Assembly: GCA_039096225.1 (NCBI GenBank)
Contig: JBBPEB010000027.1
Span: 1,034,641-1,098,640, forward strand
Source of the DNA: Blastocystis sp. Blastoise
Lineage: Eukaryota; Protista; Bigyra: Opalinata
Length of the DNA: 64,000 nucleotides
Direction: 5' to 3'
Positions within the stretch are counted from its first letter, which is position 1; the number at the start of each line of letters is the position of its first letter. Below the pieces are notes generated by a model. That model saw nothing but the letters and a program-made list of their open reading frames with translations, ran no database searches and was not told the origin of the DNA. Made by a program: the position numbers and the translations under genes. Shown here piece after piece: positions 40,735 to 61,968 of this stretch.

Positions 40735-41486
40735 CACTAAGGACAGTTGTTTTTGTTTAGTAAAAAGATGATTGAAAATGTCCGTGTGGTTTCCCTGTGG
40801 TGGAGCAGTAGAATTTTTGGTCAGAGTTTCAGTAGTTTTTTCAACAGAGCAGTGAACAAGTATGGCACACCTTAAAAAGATAATTGACCAATAGAAATGT
40901 TATATATTCTTTATTTAATATTTATTGGTCTTGCTATTATTTTTGTGGTAAAATATGCAACAATGTAACAAAACAAGCAATAAATATCATCAAATGATCA
41001 CTGAAAACAAATAAGAAGTAATAATATATAAAAGAAATAAATAGCATAATAAAAAATATATAATCTTTAAATGATAATTTATCAGTATCAGAACAGGTTC
41101 ACTTCGAATTTTCCATTTAAACATAGCCAACCTATATAAAGAGATGCTATTAATTAAGTAGTACAATTAATATTATATATATTATGTTAAAGTAATAATA
41201 AAAAATATATACCTTTTTTCTAGTCATTCTAAAACAAGCATGAGCTAAAAAAATTAGCGTCCTATAAAAGACACGTTAAATAGTATTATTAATAAAAAAC
41301 AATGAAACTAATATATATACATACTTTTATAAACCATTCTCTCCATTCACAAAGAATAGTATCACTAGAGCCAATTGAAGCCTATATATCACTGTAAGAC
41401 ATTTTTGACCTTTTAACAAATATGATTGGCTATCTATGATTATTAGTCCAATCAATTTGTTTAAAATGACAAAACTGTCCGTAGTG
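40735..41486. mobile_element. 752-bp non-autonomous TIR DNA transposon (Tc1/mariner- or CACTA-like)
   Basis: TA|CACTAAGGACAGTT ... AACTGTCCGTAGTG|TA: 14-bp TIR with 1 mismatch, TA on both flanks. Inner partial TIR copies near 40776 and 41390. Confidence 0.7.
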
Positions 41487-41952
41487 TATAAAGATAGAAT
41501 AAGTTAAATAATATAATAAAATATATAATATAATAATATAGAATAATAATATAAATATATACATTAATGCTATATAAATATAAAGCGGGGTTTTAAGAAT
41601 GTAGAAATAAATAATAAAGATAGATATGTACCTTTTATTCACGTTAATTCCTCCCAGTCTTGACCCAAAGAACCCATCTATAAAGATAATTATAAAAAGA
41701 AAAATATATATATACCTATAAGAGAACCATGACCACACACAAGAAGGAGCATAGCACTTAAGGAGACCAGGAATAGCCACAACAAGAAGCAGAGACAGCT
41801 ACTATATAAAATAAATGAATAGAGTAGAAAAAAAGAATATAAAGAAACAGCAAATACCTACCATCAAAATAACATATATGATATGAAATAAAGTAATAAT
41901 TTAATAATATATCATTATATTGATATAAGATATAATAAAATAAATATGAAAT

Positions 41953-42093
41953 CAGGGTTCGCCAAGAAGACTCTGCTGGGGTACAGAATACCCAAAAGAG
42001 CCAGTTTTAAGGGTACTTTTTGCGGCTCAAGGCGTAGGAAAAAAAAACACATTGGGTAGAGTCCCTACCCTGGGTAGCCTATGGCGAACGCTG
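41953..42093. mobile_element. 141-bp GC-rich MITE-like element (or structured RNA)
   Basis: TIRs CAGGGTTCGCCA / TGGCGAACGCTG (11/12), flanked by AT on both sides. Six internal GGGTA/TACCC motifs forming hairpins. Confidence 0.6.
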
Positions 42094-43560
42094 ATAGAAG
42101 GATATAGAAGGAGAGAGAATAATAGGAAAAAATAAACAAAGAAGGAGATAGTAGAGATAAAGAAAGATAACATAAGAAATAGAGAGGGAAATAGAGAAGG
42201 AAATAGAGAAGGGTAAGGATAAGGAGATAGAAGAAGATTAAGAAGGAGAGAGAAATGAAACAAAAAAAGAAGATAGACAGACATAGAAGGTACTAAAAGG
42301 AAATAAAAGTAATAAATGAAAGACAAATAGAAGATGAATGGAAGAAAGAAAAGATTAAGATAGAATGATAGAAAGAAGATTGAATTAGAATGAAAGAGAT
42401 AAAGTAGCCAGAAAGAGAGAGAAGGATCAAAATAGAAATAGAATAGAGAATATTGAAAAAAAGGATGTTAGAAGGAAATAAAGAGATGATAGAGAAGGAA
42501 GAGAGACTAAAGATAGAGAAGGAAATAGAAAAAGAGATAATGATGGAATAGAAAATATAAAGATAGATACATATAGAGACAGCTAGAAGAAGATTGAAGA
42601 GATAAAGTGATTGTAAAGAAGGAAATGAGATAGAAAAAAAGGCAGACAGAAATGAAAATGAAATAGATAAGAGAGATAAGTAGATATATGTGACAGAGAA
42701 GGCAAAAAAAAAATAGAAATAGATAAATAAAGATAGAAATGATTGAAATAGAAGGATAAGGAGACAAAGAGTTATATTGAAAAAGAAATACAAAGAAAAG
42801 AGAATAATGATAAAAGGAGATGGAGATGAAGATAGAAAAGAAATTAGAAGAGAAGATAGAAAGATAATAAAAAGAGAAACAGTCATAGAGAAAAATAGAA
42901 AGAGGAAAAGAAGGGTATAAATAGATTGAAATAGAAAAATACAGAAGGAGGTAAGAAGGAAGAAGAGGAAGAAGATAGTGAAGAAGATTGAGAAGATGAA
43001 ATACAAGATAAAAGAAGAAATAAAGATATAAAGAAGATGCAGATAGATAGGAAGAGATACATAGAAAATATAGAACTATATAGAATATATAGAAGGAGAG
43101 TGAGAAGAAAATAGGAAAAAGAGAATTGAAATAGAAGGAAATATAAGTAGTAGAGAAAGATATGGAGAGGAGATAGGGAAAGTTTTGATGAAAGAAGAAA
43201 GAAGACTGAGATAAAATAAAATAAAGAGGGAGAAGCAGATAGAATGATGAACAAGGAAATAGAGAAGTAGTAGATATAAGCAGAAGATAAAAGGAAAACA
43301 AAGAATGGATAGAAAAGGAAACGAGAAGAAGATAAAAGAAGATAAAAGAAAAAATAAATAAATAGGAAGAGAAAAATGGGGAAAGAAAAGAAGATAGAAG
43401 GAAATAAATAATGTTGATATATAAAAAGTTTAAAAGCAAATAGAAAGAGAGAGAGAAGAAGAAGAAGAAAGAAAAAGGAATCTAAGAAGTCAAGAAGTAA
43501 GAAGAAGAAAAATAGAAGAAATAATTAAAACTTTGATTCAAAGAAGAGTTTGAGAATATT
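42094..43560. other. ~1.5-kb polypurine (A/G-rich, C-depleted) low-complexity tract
   Basis: The plus strand is dominated by GAA/AGA/ATAG words with very few C. It has no tandem period, and all plus frames contain many stops. Confidence 0.85.
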
Positions 43561-45499
43561 TGAAAATAAAGAGAACTAGATAAGAAAAATAAATCAATAA
43601 TAAGAAATAAACATACATAATAAAAAAAAATATTTGAATTTGTCAATGTGGAGTTTTATAAAATGATAAAAAGACAGGAATAGTAGAAACAAGCTAGATA
43701 AATAAATAATAATAATAAATATATAAAAATAATGAAAATAAATAATAAAATGAATTAGAATTCTAATTCAAGAAAAAAGATAGAAGCTAATAATAGACAG
43801 AATGAATATACGATAAATATTTTATCATATAATACATAAAAAAATATAATAAAGAAAAAGATAAAAGATAATTATAAAAATAAATAAAATAAATATATAC
43901 TTTGAAATTAGTTTGACATCATGGACGTTGTTGACATGGACTGAAGAAGCCTATGATAGCCACGGACGAGCAGGAACCTACACATGCTAGAGAATGGGAG
44001 AATGTTAATATGGATAAAGAATAAAAAATAGTAATATACATACAAGGGGATAGTCTAAAGTGAAAACGAGCTTCTATTTTAAAAAATAAAAGCAAATAAA
44101 AATAAAATAAAAATGAAGAAAATATGTAACAAATGAAAAATTTTCAAAGTCAATAGGCTCAATAGCGTATGGGTGTATTCAGGTCTTAAAAGAAAAATCA
44201 TTTTTGCGGGAATATCTAGAAACTCAAAAAAATATTTTTTCCCTCCTTTTTTTCACTGTCACTTTTCTTTAATATTTTTGACTTTATAGTATTAAAATCG
44301 ATTCTTACAGGCATGTATAGACACTTTATACCACTTTTGAAACTAAAAATCAAATATTCAAAAATGAGTGAAAATCACAACAAGCAAAAAAACAATTTTG
44401 TGAAGCTTGGTATGCTGTGTATACGCATATATAACAACAGATATGATAAAAACACACAACTCCTCTTGGTTTAGGACATAATTATGAATTCTCTCAAAAA
44501 AGCTATTTTAAACCTTAAAACGATACCCTGAACCATAAATCATGTCCTGAACGATATTTTAAGGTTATATTCTTATAAACTGGTTTATTGACGATAATCA
44601 ATAAACAAAAACAGGAGCTTCCGTTTTTCTTTTCATTTTTGAATTTCTAATTGTTTTGACTTTCTAGGGTAGTTGGCTGAAAGAAATGTTGTCGTCTTTA
44701 GGCTAAAAAATTATGAATAAAAAAGTCAAGTCATTTTATTGTTTTTTCCTTGGGAAATAAAAAAGAAGAAATTTTTAGGTGTGTTTTAATTTAGGCTGTA
44801 TAATGGTTTATATTGTAAAAGGACTTGACGAGAATGACAAGAGTGATAATACATCACTCAGAGAACACACAACTTTAAAAAATTTGTCACTCATGTAATC
44901 CATTCCTGAATTATAGGGTTTAGAGAAAAATTTAAAGTCTTTTTGGTTTTAAACAGTCATTCTAAATCATAAAATACTGTAAAATAGTCAATATTTAAAG
45001 TAACTATGATTATATCAATAAACAATATATTTTGTAGAGTTATTTTAAAGTTATTCTCTTCAAAAAGAGAGAAACTTGACAAGTTGGCGGAGCTTTTGCT
45101 CTCGGGTTTAGTCCAACATATTTTTGATTAAAAATTCTCAGTCATTTTGTTGTTTCTCTTACGGGGAAAAAAATGGAAAACTCAAAAAAGCTTATTAAAT
45201 TTTAAAATCATTTTTTGAGTCTTCTATTCTTTATTTCATCTTCATTTATTCTGCATTTATATAATTATATAAATTCCAAAAATACTTCATCTATCGAAAT
45301 AAAAATTATTCTTAAAAAATCTTAAAAAATCAAAAAAAAAAAAAAATAAACAAAACCAAAAAAAAATTAAAACCGTTGAAATTTTGTAATTTGAAAGCGT
45401 ATCTTCAAGATTTCTGTGAACATTATTTAATTAATTTCATTTTGTTTCACATCTATTTATTTTGAAACTATTTATCATATAACTACTGAATCCTGCATA

Positions 45500-54487
<8,988 letters not shown>

Positions 54488-54718
54488 ATAATAATACTAT
54501 CTCTTTTATTTAATCCTATATAATATATATATTAATTCTATATGTATATATTTGCTTATTAAATTAATGTTTATGTGTCTCATTCTGCTATTTTAAAATC
54601 AAATTATTTATTTATATATTCTTTTGATTAATGAATTCGACAATAATATGCTTTTTTTTAAATTAAACTTATAAACTATTTTCTTTTATAAATAAAAACA
54701 TAGATATAAACAAATAAA

Positions 54719-54721
<3 letters not shown>

Positions 54722-54803
<82 letters not shown>
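54722..54803. repeat. (TA)n microsatellite
   Basis: About 40 TA units just 3' of the nitroreductase stop codon. Confidence 0.95.
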
Positions 54804-54807
<4 letters not shown>

Positions 54808-54817
54808 TTATTTGCAT

Positions 54818-55871
54818 TTAAAGAGACCAAGTTTGTTTACCTTGTAATAAAGGAAGAGTAGTTGAGAAATGTTGACCAAACTTACCTTCATAGATGATAT
54901 TATCTATAAAATAAAAAAATTAATATATTTATTTCATACAGATGAATGTATTTACTATGTATTGATGATAATAAATTAATAATTATCTTCTTTTTAAATA
55001 GTTTAATATATATATATATATCAGGTTTATAACGAAGAGAAGGCTTATATTGTTCAGTTTTATCTTCATAACCAACTACAACAGCAACTGATACTCCATA
55101 TCTATATATATAATAATATATAATATATAATAATATATAATAATATATAATATATAATAATATATAATATATAATAATATATAATATAATATATATATAT
55201 ATACCTTGAGGGGATATTGAATTTCTTGTTAATACGATTAGAATCATATCCACCAAGAATAATATTACCTAATCCAGCAGCTTGACATAAAATACAGAAT
55301 TGCATAACAGCATAAGAAGTATTAGAATCAGACCAAGCATCAGCAGGACCTCTACGAATAACATTAGAATATAATCCAGTAATCCACATATGAGTTCTTA
55401 TAAATAATTTCATAATACAATTAGAAGGAGCAATGTTGTTTACTATGTATAGAATAAATAATGATTAAAATATAAATATATAATATATAACTAATAAATA
55501 CACATCTTAGCATGTCCTTTAACACCAGCATCAGAATGTCCAGCAGCACGTTGAAGTTCACAATATTCAGATTGTAATTTATAGGGTTGTTTATCATATA
55601 AAAAGAGAACTGTTGCAGCAGCAGTCTTAACAAATCTCTCATTACCAAGTAGCATAGTTTCTGCTAATTTCTCTTTGTCTTCTTTACTACGAACTACAAG
55701 AATCTTATAAGGTTGAGCATTAATGGAAGTAGGAACAGATTGAGTAGCAGTTAATATATCTTCTAAAACACCTTGAGGAATTTCTTTATCAAGGTATTTT
55801 CTAACAGAACGTCGTTCTAAACATATATTCTTCACAATAGAATACGATTCAGGAACAGCTGAAGACATCAT
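54818..55871 (-). CDS. Nitroreductase family (FMN-dependent) oxidoreductase, 4 exons
   Basis: Motifs ERRSVRKY, PTSINAQPY, AAGLGNIILGGYD, VVGY and C-terminal RYKPDNIIYEGKF. The last intron (54904-55021) lacks a GT donor at the expected position. Confidence 0.9.
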
Positions 55872-57458
55872 TCTTTAAATCTTTTGAGATAATTAAATAA
55901 TAATTTTAAAAGAAAATATGAAAGAAAATCTTGAGAAAAATTTAAAAAACAGTATTATTTGTCATTCGTTGTGTACCAAATGAAAGAAAACACAACAAGA
56001 ATCGAACTTTCGATTTGGAAAAAAAGGAAAATATAGGGGAAAAAATAAAAAAAATATGTAGAAAGAAAAGTTTGTGGGTATCATCAGGGATTCATGGATT
56101 AGCCCCTATCGACAAAGGATAATTACCTCTCTTCCAAAGAATATGAGACAAATTATTAACAAAATAACTTAATATTATTATATTCCATATTATTAGTTTT
56201 GGGTCGTATAATTCTTCAGAAATAATTAATGGTTAGAATAGAGAAACTCAGAGTTTGATAATAAATAATGGAATGTTAAAATTTTGTTACTTCATATTCT
56301 CTATAGTCTTCTTATTTATAGATATACATATATGATGGTATTGTATATATTTTGTCACCATTAAATCTCACCTAAAATGATTATTTAATATAATTAGAGT
56401 AATTAAACCATGTACTAATTTATTATTATTTTGTTTTTTGACATGTAAGAATGATAGCAAGGATATTTCAATGCATTTAATGAATCATTGGAATCATTAA
56501 ATAATTTTTTTTCAAAATTGAAATGACAAAACTAATGAAAAATATCGTTTTTATCGTTAGTAATACCAGAAATCGTATTAAAATATCAGACCTAGACTAT
56601 TTCTTCATTAGAATGTTTTTTTTAAATAATTGTCATTCAAAATCTAAAGAATAAAATAAATAACAATGAATATTAATCGTAAAACTTATGTAGATAACAA
56701 AATATATATATTGATTAATTTATGAAGCTATCAGGAATTATTTTTATGAAATCTAATATGAAAATATTTTTATAAAAACAATTTTATTTTTTTTGAATTT
56801 TTTTGAATCTAACTTCTTTTATTATTTAATAAAAATACTTTCAACTGTTGTTATATTAGACTGTGTATTACTTCCGGGATCTCTGAACAAGGTGAATATA
56901 TCTCATTTCTTCAAGTTTATACTTTTCATTGACAGAATAAAGATTCTATTTTATTGAAGAAACATTTAAAATACGGGTATACAAAATTATTAGCAGTTTC
57001 TATTGTCAATAAATAAATTTAAGAGAATTTATTTATAATTACGCTTAGACTATACACAATACTGTGATATCTTCCATGAGAATGATAGGAAAATGAGTAT
57101 TGGACAACCATATGCATAAATCTATGAAGTTTGTGTTGAATAATAAAAAAAAGATGAGGGATTAAAATAAATATATAAAACAAAAGAAATAATAAATGGT
57201 TCTATGAAAAGAACAAATGATAAGAGAACAAAAGTCAATATAGAATATTAAAAATTGTTAAGATACATGTGATAGAAAATATATATATAGAATAATCTAT
57301 TAGAGTTAGACTATCAAATCAAATAACAATATAGAAGTAAAAAAAAAAGAAAAATAATATGATTATCATATTATGAAATATATAAGAAAGTTATAATTAT
57401 AATAAATATATATATCATGCAAAATAGAGAGTACATAAGATATATTATATAAAGATTT

Positions 57459-59961
<2,503 letters not shown>

Positions 59962-61299
59962 TTATGACACACTATGGTCTTTAAATTAAAAAAATTAGTT
60001 ACAATGATAAACTAAGGCTATATATATATACAAACACGAACAAATAGATAAAAAAGATATATTCATCATCAATCAGAAAAGTTACCTTCAAAAATCAAAA
60101 TTCCCGTTTTTGTGTTTTTATCAAAAAATCGTTTCTTATTAATATGTTATGAAAATGAAAAGAAATTCTCATTAAACATTTCATCCATTGACTAAAGAAG
60201 AAGATCTATGAAATAAGCTATAAAAATCTTAGAAAGAAGTAAATCACTTCAACTCACCGTGAATGAAACATAATTTAATTACAAATGAGTTTTATGCTTA
60301 AAATGAAAATTATATATAAACCATTGAAATGATAATCATAAACAAATTATTCAAAAATTATCTTTTTTATATAGTCCAGTTTTCTATGCATAAGATTATT
60401 AAAAATTTATATACAAGGATTCTAAATTGAATAAATATATGTAAATCACTAAATACTACAAGAATAATATTACAAAAAATATGGATAAACTTATATTGAA
60501 TAATTAATCAAAGTATTCCTATGTAAATATCGGTTCTATACCAATTTCAAAATATAAATAACATCACATAGAATTAATTACTATAATAACGAGAAAATGA
60601 AATGGAAAAACAATTGTTTTTACATTTGGCTTTGATATCTTTTTGTATTTATTTAGCATTGATGTAATTAAGAGTGATATGAGATGCATAAACCTGTGAA
60701 TATAATACTATGTAGTACTATTGTATTTAAAACATCAAAATTGTTTTTTTGAATAATGATTATCCGATAAAAAAAGTATTTTAATTAGCATTTGAATAAG
60801 AAACATAACAATGAGTCAATCTCTTATGTTTTATTCAATTAACATGAGTCTTGCAAGAAACTTTTTTTTCAAATAAACTATCGTCAACAAATAAACTTTA
60901 TTTCTATATAGCAAGGATGATGAATAACTTATCTCATTATTTTGTAACAACCAATAAATTAAAATCGACATGAGATCTGTCATTTTTATTATTAAAAGCC
61001 ACTTATGACGGGATACATAGATAATTCATATTCACAACAAGCAAAATGTTTGAAATAGCAATTATATATCTTAATAGTAGTATAAATTGAAAATGATCGT
61101 CTGTATTTGTATAAAATTAAGGAGTAATACATGCATTTGATTAAATTATATGCTTATTCATGAACCAGAGAATTGTTTTAAAAGAATATGACTCATTATT
61201 ATAACCAAAATCCTTAATAAATTAACTGAGTATTGAATTCAATACTTAGAAGGATTTTTGATTTTATAAGTGCATATAAATATAAAAGACGTCTCTTTA

Positions 61300-61680
61300 A
61301 AAAAGAAATAGTAGTGCCTCATACACTGTTGGTGGAATGAATCTCTAGAAAAACAATTCTCAGTACAACGTAAGACTGACAAAGGGTTGTCATAATAAGT
61401 ATTCGAATAGAATCAAGAATGGAAGAAAGCGTTCAGAAATGAGATTCTTTATTTGGTATATTACTGGATGAACGAAATTATGAACGAGACTGTCGAATAA
61501 TCTGAAGTATCTCAAGAATAATGTTCAATCTCTTTTCAATGACGTTTTTTTATAGTGGAAGATAGGACTGTCAACCTGTTTGCTCATTAGTACTTGGTAT
61601 GATTTCCAAAGATGAGAAAAGAATCTTGATTATTTAAAAAAAAATGCATGAAAAGTAGATTTCTCCACAAAAATATTTTT
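61300..61680 (+). mobile_element. Decayed Merlin/ISXO2-like transposase fragment
   Basis: Broken frames give KGCHNK/ISIRIESRMEES, EILYLVYYW and YSGR...LVLGMISKDEKRILII, in the order of Merlin motifs (C...SIR..S.F..S, IL...Y.W, RGR...WV.G.I.R). Confidence 0.5.
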
Positions 61681-61968
61681 TGAAAAAAGAATAAAGATAT
61701 AAACAAGAGAATGGGGTCATTCAAACAATTCGTTGTAATCTTATTGCAATTTTAAAATTATCAATTTAATAATTTTTTTTTCGCTTGTGTAAGTAGCTTT
61801 ATATTATATTTTTTGTATTTTGATTTCTGTTTTCTCCTATATATATATATAATTTTGCCTTTGAAAATTATTATAATAATAATAAAAAAAAAAGAAAATC
61901 ATTATTTTAATTCCCTTTTATTTTTCTATAGTTATACTTAAAAAGTAAATAATAAAGCTAAAAAGAAA

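Noticed and set aside
42027-43439. Hydrophobic F/L/S/I-rich minus-strand ORFs that look like membrane proteins
   Set aside because: A pyrimidine-rich strand rarely forms stop codons, so overlapping ORFs open in several frames. No motif support.
42094-43560. Ciliate-type code (TAA/TAG = Gln) for the purine tract
   Set aside because: TGA stops and frame changes still break it, and all real genes here end in TAA with no internal TAR codons.
44460-45115. Interstitial telomeric repeats (TTTAGG-like words)
   Set aside because: Scattered single words, not a tandem array.
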